Source: Armatimonadota bacterium (GTDB lineage Bacteria > Armatimonadota > Zipacnadia > Zipacnadales > FEN-943). From it: DNA of 37,423 nucleotides. The notes beneath the pieces are model-generated. The model made no database searches. It was not told the origin of the DNA and was given only the letters and a program-made list of their open reading frames with translations. The translations under genes were made by a program, and so were the position numbers. Below, in pieces: positions 1-8,621 of this stretch. The DNA lies in NCBI GenBank assembly GCA_003170595.1, contig PMZA01000221.1, positions 17,828-55,250 of the forward strand, in the 5' to 3' direction. The stretch's first letter is position 1, and each line of letters starts with the position of its first letter.

Positions 1-1
1 C

Positions 2-637
2 GACGAGCCGATGTGCACCGACGACTTCCTGGCCTTGCGCTTCTTCGGCCGTCTCTTCAAGGACGCCGTCGCCGGCACACCAGGCGCGAGGATGGTCTTC
101 CGTGGCGACATCTCCCGCCCGCAGTGGCAGCGCGATCTCCTCGATGGCCTCACCGACGTCGAGTGCGTCGCCGACGCCTTCTGGCCCTACCACGACCGCC
201 TCCTCGACATGCAGCGGCGGTGGGGCGTGAAGTTCTGGGACTACGGAAGCCCCAACCGGGTGGGGGAGAGCAACCTCGCCGCGGTGACGTGGGCCCTGCG
301 TGCGTACCTCGCCGGGGCGGACGGCTTGCTCCCATGGAATGTGATCGGTGGCGATGATGCCTACACGACGCCCACCGACACCGCCCTTCTCGTACCCGGC
401 GACCGGTTCGGGGTGAAGGGGCCTATCGTGAGTCTGCGGGCGAAGGCCTTTCGGCGTGGGCAGGAGGACGTGGAATTGCTCGCGGGGCTGGCGCGACGGA
501 AGGGTTGGAACCGGGCGCAGGTTGCCGAGGCCCTTGGCGGAACACTGCCCGACTGGTCGTCGGGCGATTGGCGTCACGTGAAGCCCGCCGACCTCGACCG
601 CCTTCGGGCCGCCGTCTACCAGGCCTTTGATCGCTAG
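2..637 (+). CDS. 5'-truncated DUF4091/GH123-like putative glycoside hydrolase (C-terminal part)
   Basis: Frame is open from base 2 (gac gag ccg atg = D-E-P-M). The DEP motif and the C-terminal 'SLRAKAFRRGQEDVELL' resemble the DUF4091 'S.RWE.LREG.EDYEYL' pattern, which is also seen in the paralog at 20236-23313. Stop TAG at 635-637. Confidence 0.65.
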   Translation, partial: DEPMCTDDFLALRFFGRLFKDAVAGTPGARMVFRGDISRPQWQRDLLDGLTDVECVADAFWPYHDRLLDMQRRWGVKFWDYGSPNRVGESNLAAVTWALRAYLAGADGLLPWNVIGGDDAYTTPTDTALLVPGDRFGVKGPIVSLRAKAFRRGQEDVELLAGLARRKGWNRAQVAEALGGTLPDWSSGDWRHVKPADLDRLRAAVYQAFDR

Positions 638-650
638 GAGGGATTGGACC

Positions 651-3074
651 GTGATGCGACGCCAGCTCGGGCTTTCAGCCTGCCTCTTACTGTCATCGGT
701 CACTTGGGCCGCGCCGACTAACCTCGTCGCCAACCCGGGCTTTGAGGACGGCGCCACGGGCTGGAATATCCCCGCATCCCAGTCCGGCGCGGGACGGGCC
801 TTGATCACCGCGGACGCGCCTCACAGTGGCGGCCACGCGCTTCTTTTCGATGCCACGAAGGCCAACTGGGAAGTCGGCGCCCTCTCCGACCCCATGCCCG
901 TCACGGCCGGCACGCGCTACCGCTTCGGCGTGTGGGTGAAGCAGATCGGCGGCTACGGCGCCTACAAGGCGGTCATCGATTGGCGCGACGCCCAGGATAA
1001 GCACATCTCCTATTCCAACGACTGGAAGGGCAACAACCGCCCCGCCACCTACGCCCTTCACGGTGGCGATTTTCAAGCTCCGCCCGGCGCGACTCACGCC
1101 CTGCTCAACATCGGCGTCGCCATGGGGTCGGCGATTTTGATGGATGACTTCAGCCTCGTGGCCATGCCGCCCCTGGGGCCGAAGCTGCGGGCGTACCTTT
1201 TCTCGGAGCCGCCCGACGCCGACGATAAGTGGCTCGTTCGAGCGTGGATGTGCAATGAAGGCGACAGCCCGTCGCAGGCCGGCACCGTCACCCTCGTTCT
1301 CGCGCCGGGCCTCAAGTCCGACGACCCCGATCGACTCCTTCCCGCCCTCTTGCCCACTGAGCGCCTGCGCCTGGAATGGACAGTCACCGGCAAGCCGCGC
1401 AGCCTTCCCGCGCCCCTCAGCCTGAAGATGCCCCCGGCGACTCCCGTCGTCGGCGACACTTCCACCACCCTCTTCGTCGGCCTCGGCGCGATGAAGGAGG
1501 GCGACGGCCACGGCGTTCCCGCGCCCCATCCGGCTCAGGCCAAGCCCCTCATCGGCACGTACTATTTCCCCGTCATGCTCGACTGGGATCGCAGCGGCTG
1601 GGGCGTGCGCCACGTCGCCTACCTCACCCCGCTCCTCGGCTACTACGACGAGGCCTCACCCGAGGTCGCCGACTGGCACATCCTCTGGGCCGCCGAGCAT
1701 GGCCTCAGCTTCTTCGCCTACGACTGGTACTACAACGACGGCTGCGCCTACATCAACGATGCGCTGGAAAAGGGTTTCCTTAAGGCGCCCCACCGTTCGG
1801 CGATGAAGTTCTTCATCAACTGGTGCAACGAGGGCCAGTGCACGTGGGATAAGCCGCTCAACTTCTCCACGGAGAGCCTTTGCGGCTTCATGGAATATCT
1901 CTGCACCCACTACCTCGCCCTGCCCGAGTACCTGCGCGTGAACGGCCGGCCCGTGGTCATGATCATCCGGCCCGACCCGATCATCGAGTGGCACGGCGGC
2001 CCCGACGGGTCACGCAAGGCCATCGACGCGATGAAGCAGGTGGCCCGACGGCACGGCCTGCCCGAGCCCTACATGCTCTGCGTGGCCTCGGCGGACGCCG
2101 CCGCCCTGTACCGCCGCGCCGGGTATGACGCGATCACGGCCTACTCCTACGGCTTCGGCGAGGCCCCGCGTCGCCCGGACGGCAACTGGGACTATGACGA
2201 CCTCATCGCCGAGCACGAGAAAGCCTGGCAGTCGTCGCTCGCCGGCGCGAAGGCCGGTGGGATGGCGTACATGCCCGCTGCGTGGACGGGCTGGGACGAT
2301 GAGGCTCGCGCTCACGAGAAGTCCGTCCGCACGATTGGCAATACCGCCGGTCGCTTCCGCGAGATGTGCCGCCTGGTCCGCCATTACACCGATCCGTCGC
2401 TGAACCTGGTCATCGTCGAGGCGTGGAACGAGTGGGGCGAGGGCGGATACCTCGAGGCGTCGAAGCAGCGCGGGCTGTCCTTCCTCGATGCAATTCGCGA
2501 TGCCTTCACCGACAGCCACGGCCCCCACGTCGACCTCTACCCGACCCCCGCCCAGCGCGCGAGCTACAACACGGACATCACCTGCGACCAGGTCGACGAG
2601 ATGTACATCCGCCGCGACCGCCAGCAGCGCGGCCTAGGCGACGGAACGCGGCCCGACTGGACCTTCGACGTCCCCGGCGACTTCAAGGGCTGGTACCACA
2701 TGGCCAGTATCGGGGACTTGAAGGTCACGGCCGAGGGCCTCAGCGGCGTCTCCACTTCGGACGATCCGATGTTCCAGGGGCCGACGCTGATGAGCATCCG
2801 CGCGGCCGATTGGACGGCCCTGCGGGTCAGGATGAAGGTCGACGCGGGCGCCATGGTGCAGGTCTTCTGGACCACCCCCGAGGCGCCGGTCACGACGGAG
2901 GAAGCCAGCAGCAAGCTCCCCATCGTCGCCGACGGCGCGTGGCACGACTACGTCTTTCCGGTGGCTGACAACCCGCACTGGCAGGGCGTCGTCCGGCAGT
3001 TGCGCTTCGATCCGACGAACGCCCCCAACGCCCACTTCACCATCGCCAGCATCACCGGCCTCCCGCGCCAGTAG
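651..3074 (+). CDS. Secreted CBM4/9-like + WbsX/GH99-like glycoside hydrolase + C-terminal beta-sandwich domain
   Basis: AGGAGG at 636-641 precedes GTG651/ATG654. Signal peptide is followed by 'NLVANPGFEDG..GW' (CBM4_9-like). Catalytic-domain motifs 'YYFP', 'LGYYD', 'AAEHGLSFFAYDWYY' and 'AWNEWGEGGYLE' are typical of WbsX/GH99-like proteins. C-terminal 'DGAWHDY...QLRFDP' module. Confidence 0.8.
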   Translation: MMRRQLGLSACLLLSSVTWAAPTNLVANPGFEDGATGWNIPASQSGAGRALITADAPHSGGHALLFDATKANWEVGALSDPMPVTAGTRYRFGVWVKQIGGYGAYKAVIDWRDAQDKHISYSNDWKGNNRPATYALHGGDFQAPPGATHALLNIGVAMGSAILMDDFSLVAMPPLGPKLRAYLFSEPPDADDKWLVRAWMCNEGDSPSQAGTVTLVLAPGLKSDDPDRLLPALLPTERLRLEWTVTGKPRSLPAPLSLKMPPATPVVGDTSTTLFVGLGAMKEGDGHGVPAPHPAQAKPLIGTYYFPVMLDWDRSGWGVRHVAYLTPLLGYYDEASPEVADWHILWAAEHGLSFFAYDWYYNDGCAYINDALEKGFLKAPHRSAMKFFINWCNEGQCTWDKPLNFSTESLCGFMEYLCTHYLALPEYLRVNGRPVVMIIRPDPIIEWHGGPDGSRKAIDAMKQVARRHGLPEPYMLCVASADAAALYRRAGYDAITAYSYGFGEAPRRPDGNWDYDDLIAEHEKAWQSSLAGAKAGGMAYMPAAWTGWDDEARAHEKSVRTIGNTAGRFREMCRLVRHYTDPSLNLVIVEAWNEWGEGGYLEASKQRGLSFLDAIRDAFTDSHGPHVDLYPTPAQRASYNTDITCDQVDEMYIRRDRQQRGLGDGTRPDWTFDVPGDFKGWYHMASIGDLKVTAEGLSGVSTSDDPMFQGPTLMSIRAADWTALRVRMKVDAGAMVQVFWTTPEAPVTTEEASSKLPIVADGAWHDYVFPVADNPHWQGVVRQLRFDPTNAPNAHFTIASITGLPRQ

Positions 3075-3096
3075 AGGGCTGCATGTCTGGCTTGCT

Positions 3097-3145
3097 GTAG
3101 GGCTTGGGGTTCGCTTTGCGAACCCACCTTTATGCCCCGCCGCGC
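3097..3145 (+). repeat. GTAG-type REP-like element, copy 1 (composite, with a nested hairpin)
   Basis: GTAGGGC-TTG-[GGGTTCGC TTT GCGAACCC]-AC-CTTTATG-CCCCGCC-GCGC. Both ends match the family consensus GTAGGGCGGGG(C/A)TTTA(C/T)(G/T)CCCCGCCGC. Confidence 0.75.
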
Positions 3146-3168
3146 TTGGCCTTGGCTTTCCGCTTTCT

Positions 3169-3192
3169 GTAGGGCGGGCACTTGTGCCCGCC
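3169..3192 (+). repeat. GTAG-type REP-like element, copy 2
   Basis: GTAG + GGCGGGCAC-TT-GTGCCCGCC, a perfect inverted repeat. Confidence 0.85.
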
Positions 3193-3205
3193 GCGGAGGT
3201 GTCGC

Positions 3206-5089
3206 TTGCGGCTTACCCGTACAACTCAGGCTTTCCGCTACATCCTCGCCTTTGCCGCCGTAAGTCTCCTGGCCCAACTGGGCCTCGCGGACATCTACGC
3301 CGGCGCATGGACTCCCATCTACCACGGCGTCGACTACAAGGTCTGCTTCGCCGGGGTGGGCTTTCCGTGCGTCGAGAAAGTCAATGCCCTCCGCATCCAC
3401 ACCCACGCGGCGGGCGTGCGCTTCTACTCCACCCCCCGCTGCCCGGGCTGGGTGGCCAACAAGGCCGAGACGCGCCGTCAGACCACGCGAGAGTTCATAG
3501 CATCCAGTGGCGCCCAGGCCGCCATCAACGCCGACTTCTTCAACATGGGCCAGTCCACGTCCCAGCCCGGCGTCACCGACCTCGTGGGCCTGGCCATCTC
3601 CGAGGGCCAGATCGTCTCGCCGCCCGCCTGCACGGACTCGCTGCTGATCACCCGCGACAACCGCGCCCGCCTCGAGGTTACGACCTCCACCACCGACCTG
3701 CGCGACGTCTGGACCGCAATCAGCGGCCGCGGCAGGATGCTGGTCGACGGCGTCGTGCAGGAGACCTGGCCCGAGCGTCATCCCCGCACCGCCGTCGGCG
3801 TCTCACGCGACGGACGCTACATCTACCTCGTCACCCTCGACGGCCGCCAGCCTGGCATCAGCGCCGGCGCGACCACCGGTGAGCTTGGCGTCTGGATGCT
3901 CCGCCTCGGCGCCTGGCAGGCCATCAACCTCGACGGCGGTGGCTCCACGACCCTGGCCCTCGCTGACGGCCGCGGTGGCGCCAGGATCCTGAATGTGACC
4001 GTCGGCGACAGCAAGACGCCGCACACCGAGCGGCGCGTCGGCAACAATCTCGGCATCTTCGCCTTGCCCCTGAGCGCCTACGCCCGCGCCCCAGAACCCA
4101 CTTCCGGAGGTCCTTCGACCATGAGCAATCCGCCCAAGCTGCACGTCCTGAGCCGCACCACCGAGCCCCTCCTCGTCGCCGACCAGCCCCACGAGGACTT
4201 CTGCCTCGGCTACTGCAGCGTCCTCCGTGAGGGAGCGCGCTGGCGCATGTGGTATGAGGCCTACGACCACACCTATCGCACCGATGCCGACGGCTATCTC
4301 TGCTATGCCGAGTCCTGGGACGGCGTGCATTGGGAGAAGCCGGTCCTCGACCTCGTCGACGTGGGCGGCAGCCGCAGCAACAACGTCCTCCTCAGCGGCC
4401 GGCCCACTGGCGGCATCCACGGCCACACCGTCTTCCTCGATCCCGCCGCCCCGCCCGCCGAGCGTTACAAGATCGTGTTCACGCGCTGGGCCGAGGGGAA
4501 GTGGGAAGTCTTCGGCGGGACGTCGCCCGACGGCTTCTATTGGCGCCTCGGCGACCGCCCGATCCTCGCCGCCAACAGCGACACCCAGAACGTCTGCTTC
4601 CGCGACGGCGACCTCTACCGTCTCTATGTGAGGATGTGGACCCAAGAGCCCTTCGGTGGCAAGCGCCTGGTGGGCTATTCAGACTCGCCCAGCTTGAGCG
4701 GCTTCAAGCTCCCCACGCCCATCCTCCAGCCCGACGCCCACGATCCCGCCGACCTCCCCTTCTACAACAACGCCGCGACCATGCTCCGCCACGGCCTCTA
4801 CCTCATGTTCCCGTCGGCGTTCTCCACCGCCGAGGACGTCCTGCGCGTGCATGCGGCCTGGAGCCCCGACGGCGTCAGCTTCCACCGCCTCGGCCGCGAA
4901 CCCCTCCTCGACCTGGGCGCGGGCTTCGACAGCAAGGGCCTCTACGTCGCCCCCGGTGGCATCCCGGGCGACGAGCCGAACACCTGGTGGTTCTACTATA
5001 TGGGCACAGGCGTCGGCCACGATCAGAACCTGCCCGACCGGACGCAGCGCGAGGGCGGCATCGGCCGCTTCCTGCTCAGGGTCGAGTGA
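3206..5089 (+). CDS. Phosphodiester glycosidase (NAGPA/DUF2233-like) domain fused in frame to a five-bladed beta-propeller glycoside hydrolase-like domain
   Basis: GGAGGT at 3195-3200 precedes TTG3206 and a signal peptide. NAGPA motifs: 'AAINADFF', 'RHPRTAVG', 'LVTLDGRQ', 'AINLDGGGST', 'RRVGNNL'. The second half ('CYAESWDGVHWEKPVL', 'DTQNVCF') is homologous to 18713-20239. An internal GGAGGT (4106-4111) + ATG4121 means this may be two translation units. Confidence 0.8.
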   Translation: MRLTRTTQAFRYILAFAAVSLLAQLGLADIYAGAWTPIYHGVDYKVCFAGVGFPCVEKVNALRIHTHAAGVRFYSTPRCPGWVANKAETRRQTTREFIASSGAQAAINADFFNMGQSTSQPGVTDLVGLAISEGQIVSPPACTDSLLITRDNRARLEVTTSTTDLRDVWTAISGRGRMLVDGVVQETWPERHPRTAVGVSRDGRYIYLVTLDGRQPGISAGATTGELGVWMLRLGAWQAINLDGGGSTTLALADGRGGARILNVTVGDSKTPHTERRVGNNLGIFALPLSAYARAPEPTSGGPSTMSNPPKLHVLSRTTEPLLVADQPHEDFCLGYCSVLREGARWRMWYEAYDHTYRTDADGYLCYAESWDGVHWEKPVLDLVDVGGSRSNNVLLSGRPTGGIHGHTVFLDPAAPPAERYKIVFTRWAEGKWEVFGGTSPDGFYWRLGDRPILAANSDTQNVCFRDGDLYRLYVRMWTQEPFGGKRLVGYSDSPSLSGFKLPTPILQPDAHDPADLPFYNNAATMLRHGLYLMFPSAFSTAEDVLRVHAAWSPDGVSFHRLGREPLLDLGAGFDSKGLYVAPGGIPGDEPNTWWFYYMGTGVGHDQNLPDRTQREGGIGRFLLRVE

Positions 5090-5107
5090 GGAGCAGCTAG
5101 AGTCCCC

Positions 5108-7237
5108 GTGCACAGATTCCTCCCGATCCTGGCCACCTTGCCCCTCCTCTGCGGCATGACCTTCGCGGCAGATCCCCTCTGCGCCACCATCGACACCTCC
5201 GCCCAGGTCGACGGCAACCGCGTCTTTCGCTTCGTCGACGACACCTGGGCGCGCGGCTGGTGGATCGACAAACCGACGCTCCCCCAGGACTGGGCGGTCA
5301 CGCGCTACGACGGCACCCTCCGCGAGATCGCCGACTGGTGGTCTCTCAGCGATCCGCGCCAGAACTACGAGATGACCCCCGACGGCGAGTTCCGGTTCAA
5401 GCCGAGCCCCGGGACGAAGCCCGCCCTCGACGAGTGGGCCCTCCGAGCCGGCCTCCGCCCGGTGATCGTCCTGGCCAACAACACGATGCCCGCCCCGCTC
5501 ATCGAGGGCGGCTACCTCGAGGGGCAGTACGGCTACAACATCCGCCAGCCCATCGATTACGCGAAGTGGCAGCGCTACGTGGAGTCCGCCCTCCAGTGGC
5601 TCGTCGCTCAGTACGGCCGCCCGCAGGTGAAGACCTGGACCTTCATGTTCGGCATCGAGTCGGACTGGCAGGCGAAGGCCGTCGTCCCCGGCACGCAGAC
5701 CGAGATGAGCCCCGCCGACAACCGCCGCGAGTACATGAAACTCGTCGACCACTTCCAGGCTGCGTGCGAGAAGGTCCTCGGCCCGACGGTCTACGTGGGC
5801 ATCTACTTCGCCTTCGAGACGCAGGCCGACGACTACCTCGAGCACTGGGCCCGCGGCACCAACTTCGCCACCGGCCGCACTGGCACGCGCATCGGTTACT
5901 GCGGCTTCTCCGACTGGACCCACGTCGGCACCGACGACAAGAACCCCTTCAGCCTCAGCGGCCTCAAGCGCCGCCAGGCGCACGGCAACGCGGAAACCGT
6001 CGACGCCTGGGCGGGCGGCCTCGTGTGGAAATACGACCATATCGCCCGGCGCATGGACGCGGAGGGCTTGCCTCGCGCGATGGAGATCGGCCTCCCGGAG
6101 GCCGGCTACTTCGACGACCGGGGCGGGCTCAACTCCGCCGGCGCCGACGTCCCCTGCGATGTCCTTTACGCCGACCATCGGGGCGCTGCCCTGCGCACGA
6201 TGCGAACCGCCGCCTACGCAGCCTGCCCGCGGCTCCGGTGGGCGTGGAACCGCTATGCGCTGGGCACCGGCGACCTCGCCCACGTCTATGCCGATGAGGC
6301 CAAGCCGCCCGTCTTCCACGCGATCCGACTCGAGAAGAAGCTTGAGGGCGAGCGCATGTTGCCTGTCGATCGCACCGGGGCGCCGCAGGATCCCTCCAAC
6401 GACGTCCGCGTTATCGCCTCAGCCACCGACGCGCCTGGCGTCGCCTATCGCCTGGTCGCCGTGAGCTTCAACGAGAACTTCGCCGCCGCCACGCCGGAGC
6501 CCCTGCGCCTTCGGTTGAGCGGCCTCGGCCCTGCGACCTCTATCCGCGTGACCGAGTACCGCATCGACGCCGACCACAACAACTGGTGGCCCGAGTGGAA
6601 GAACTGGCGCGAGGCGAACGGCCTGCCCTATGTTGCCGGCGCGAACAGCGGCCAGTTCGGCTCGGGCATCCTCTACAAGCCCCAGTACGCGCCGTGGCAG
6701 GCCGACGTCATCGGCACCCTCCGGCCCGAGGACGTGCCCAAGTGGATGGCCAAGTCGGCGGAGTACCATGCGCGCGACGGGCTTGCGCCCACGGCAACGC
6801 GGACGATCGCAGTGGCGAACGGCGTCGCGATTTTCGATACGACTCTTCAGGCCAACAGCGTCCTCTACTTGGAAGTCTCCGGCGCCCCACAGCACTTGGT
6901 CCCGATAGACACGCCACCCGTCCGCCTCTCACCCTTCCAGAAAGACGCTCGCATCACTCGCACTCTCACGGGCCTCAAACCTGGAGCGGCGTACACCGTC
7001 CTCTGCACGGCCCAAGCATCCGGTCGCATGATGGACTATCGCCTGACCGCCGGTCCGCCGCTGGGCCCGGGACGCATCGAGGCCCTCGGCGACTGGTCGG
7101 CCCGGCCCAACCGGCTTGTGGTCACGGCGCGATCCGATGCCGCCGGAGCCCTCGCGATCTCGCTCTCGGCGCCGAAGCAGCCCTGCGACGCCGACGACGT
7201 GGTCGAGTTCCGGGACCTTCGAGTGATCGCCCACTGA
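5108..7237 (+). CDS. Secreted GH39-like glycoside hydrolase with an atypical acid/base motif
   Basis: GAGGAG-like RBS before GTG5108; signal peptide. 'PIDYAKWQRYVESALQWLVAQYGRPQVKTWTF' and 'YRIDADHNNWWPEW' match GH39 patterns. Candidate catalytic Glu residues are in 'GIESDW' and 'IGLPEAG'. Confidence 0.65.
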   Translation: MHRFLPILATLPLLCGMTFAADPLCATIDTSAQVDGNRVFRFVDDTWARGWWIDKPTLPQDWAVTRYDGTLREIADWWSLSDPRQNYEMTPDGEFRFKPSPGTKPALDEWALRAGLRPVIVLANNTMPAPLIEGGYLEGQYGYNIRQPIDYAKWQRYVESALQWLVAQYGRPQVKTWTFMFGIESDWQAKAVVPGTQTEMSPADNRREYMKLVDHFQAACEKVLGPTVYVGIYFAFETQADDYLEHWARGTNFATGRTGTRIGYCGFSDWTHVGTDDKNPFSLSGLKRRQAHGNAETVDAWAGGLVWKYDHIARRMDAEGLPRAMEIGLPEAGYFDDRGGLNSAGADVPCDVLYADHRGAALRTMRTAAYAACPRLRWAWNRYALGTGDLAHVYADEAKPPVFHAIRLEKKLEGERMLPVDRTGAPQDPSNDVRVIASATDAPGVAYRLVAVSFNENFAAATPEPLRLRLSGLGPATSIRVTEYRIDADHNNWWPEWKNWREANGLPYVAGANSGQFGSGILYKPQYAPWQADVIGTLRPEDVPKWMAKSAEYHARDGLAPTATRTIAVANGVAIFDTTLQANSVLYLEVSGAPQHLVPIDTPPVRLSPFQKDARITRTLTGLKPGAAYTVLCTAQASGRMMDYRLTAGPPLGPGRIEALGDWSARPNRLVVTARSDAAGALAISLSAPKQPCDADDVVEFRDLRVIAH

Positions 7238-7262
7238 TAGCTTTCGAGAGGTGATGTGACGC

Positions 7263-8558
7263 ATGGCACGCCCGAACATGCTTCTGATGATCTGCCACGA
7301 CCTTGGCCGCCACCTCGGCTGCTACGGCGTCGACACGGTGAGCAGCCCCTCGCTGGACGGCCTCGCCTCCGAGGGCGTTCGCTTCACCAACAGCTTCTGC
7401 TCGGCGCCGTCGTGCAGCCCCAGCCGCGCCTCGATCTTCACCGGCCGCTACCCACACTCCAACGGCGTGATGGGCCTTTGTCACTCCGAATTCGCGTGGG
7501 ACCTGCACCCCGGTGAGCGCCACCTCGCCGGCCTCCTCGGCGACGCAGGCTACCGGACGGCGCTGGCCGGTCTTCAGCACGAGACCTGTCGCCCGGCGGA
7601 GATGGGCTGGCAGGACATCTTGCCCTTCGGCCCCTGCGAGACCATCGCGGATGAGGCGATCGCCTGGATGCGCGGCGCCGCGGGTGGAGGTCAGCCCTTC
7701 TACGCGCAGGTCGGGTTCTTCGAGCCGCACCGCACCTTCGACTTCGGCGGCGCCGTCCCCGACGACAGCCTTGGTGTGACGATCCCTCCCTGGCTGGTCG
7801 ACGAGCCGTCCGCGCGCGAGGAGTTCGCCGGATACCAGGGCGCCATCCGCAAGGTCGACGCGGCGATCGGCACAATCCTGAAGGCCGTGGATGGCGCCGG
7901 CTTGCGCGAGAACACCATCGTCGTCTTCACGACGGATCACGGCATCCCCTTCCCGCGCGCGAAATGCTCGCTCTACGACCCGGGCCTCTCGACGGCGCTG
8001 ATCGCGCGATGGCCTGCGGGCGGATTGGCCGGCGGCCGGGTGCAGGACGAGATGATCCCGAACGTGGACTATCTGCCGACGCTCCTCGAGGCGGCCGGCG
8101 TGCCCGCGCCGGAGAACGTGCAGGGCCGAAGCTTCGCCGCGCTCCTCGGCGGCGGCGAGTATGAGCCGCGCGAAGAGGTCTTCGCCGAGATGACCTACCA
8201 CGATTACTTTGACCCGCGCCGCTGCCTTCGCACGAGGACGCATAAGCTCATCGCGAACTTCTCGACCGCCTATTTCTTCATGGACCCGAGCCAGAGCTGG
8301 CGGCCGAGGACGATCACCGTCAGCCCGCCCGAACCCGCCTGGGCCTACCATCCGCAGCTAGAACTCTACGACCTCGTGGCCGATCCGCTGGAGACGAACA
8401 ACCTGGCCGAGTCGCGGGAGCATGCGGCCCTGCGCGACGACATGGCCGCGCGCCTGCTGACTTGGATGGAGGAGACCGGCGACCCCCTGCTCGATGGCCC
8501 GCCCGCCTCACCGCATCATCGCAACACGATGGCGAAGCTCCGCGCCGCGCGAGGATGA
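7263..8558 (+). CDS. Cys-type (formylglycine-dependent) sulfatase, N-sulfoglucosamine sulfohydrolase-like
   Basis: 'RPNMLLMICHDLG', signature 'CSPSRASIFTGRYPHSNG', 'EPHR', 'FTTDHG..FPRAKCSLYDPG', 'ELYDLVADPLETNNLA'. No signal peptide. GAGGTG RBS upstream. Confidence 0.92.
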   Translation: MARPNMLLMICHDLGRHLGCYGVDTVSSPSLDGLASEGVRFTNSFCSAPSCSPSRASIFTGRYPHSNGVMGLCHSEFAWDLHPGERHLAGLLGDAGYRTALAGLQHETCRPAEMGWQDILPFGPCETIADEAIAWMRGAAGGGQPFYAQVGFFEPHRTFDFGGAVPDDSLGVTIPPWLVDEPSAREEFAGYQGAIRKVDAAIGTILKAVDGAGLRENTIVVFTTDHGIPFPRAKCSLYDPGLSTALIARWPAGGLAGGRVQDEMIPNVDYLPTLLEAAGVPAPENVQGRSFAALLGGGEYEPREEVFAEMTYHDYFDPRRCLRTRTHKLIANFSTAYFFMDPSQSWRPRTITVSPPEPAWAYHPQLELYDLVADPLETNNLAESREHAALRDDMAARLLTWMEETGDPLLDGPPASPHHRNTMAKLRAARG

Positions 8559-8586
8559 AGCCCGCCGCCTTTGCTTTCTGCTTTCT

Positions 8587-8611
8587 GTAGGGCGGGGCTT
8601 TACGCCCCGCC
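8587..8611 (+). repeat. GTAG-type REP-like element, copy 3 (between convergent genes; may also act as a terminator)
   Basis: GTAG + GGCGGGGC-TTTAC-GCCCCGCC, followed by GCGCTTTT. Confidence 0.88.
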
Positions 8612-8621
8612 GCGCTTTTCC

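Noticed and set aside
1540-2520. Glycosyltransferase call from WbsX similarity
   Set aside because: The signal peptide, flanking CBM-like modules and WNEWxEG motif fit a GH99-like hydrolase fold better.
3097-3192. CRISPR array interpretation of the repeated hairpins
   Set aside because: Copies are dispersed over 28 kb without regular spacers, and no cas genes are present.
6820-7030. Mild drop in GC near the 3' end of the GH39-like gene
   Set aside because: Hand count gives about 62% G+C over 6841-6960, too small a deviation to call foreign DNA.
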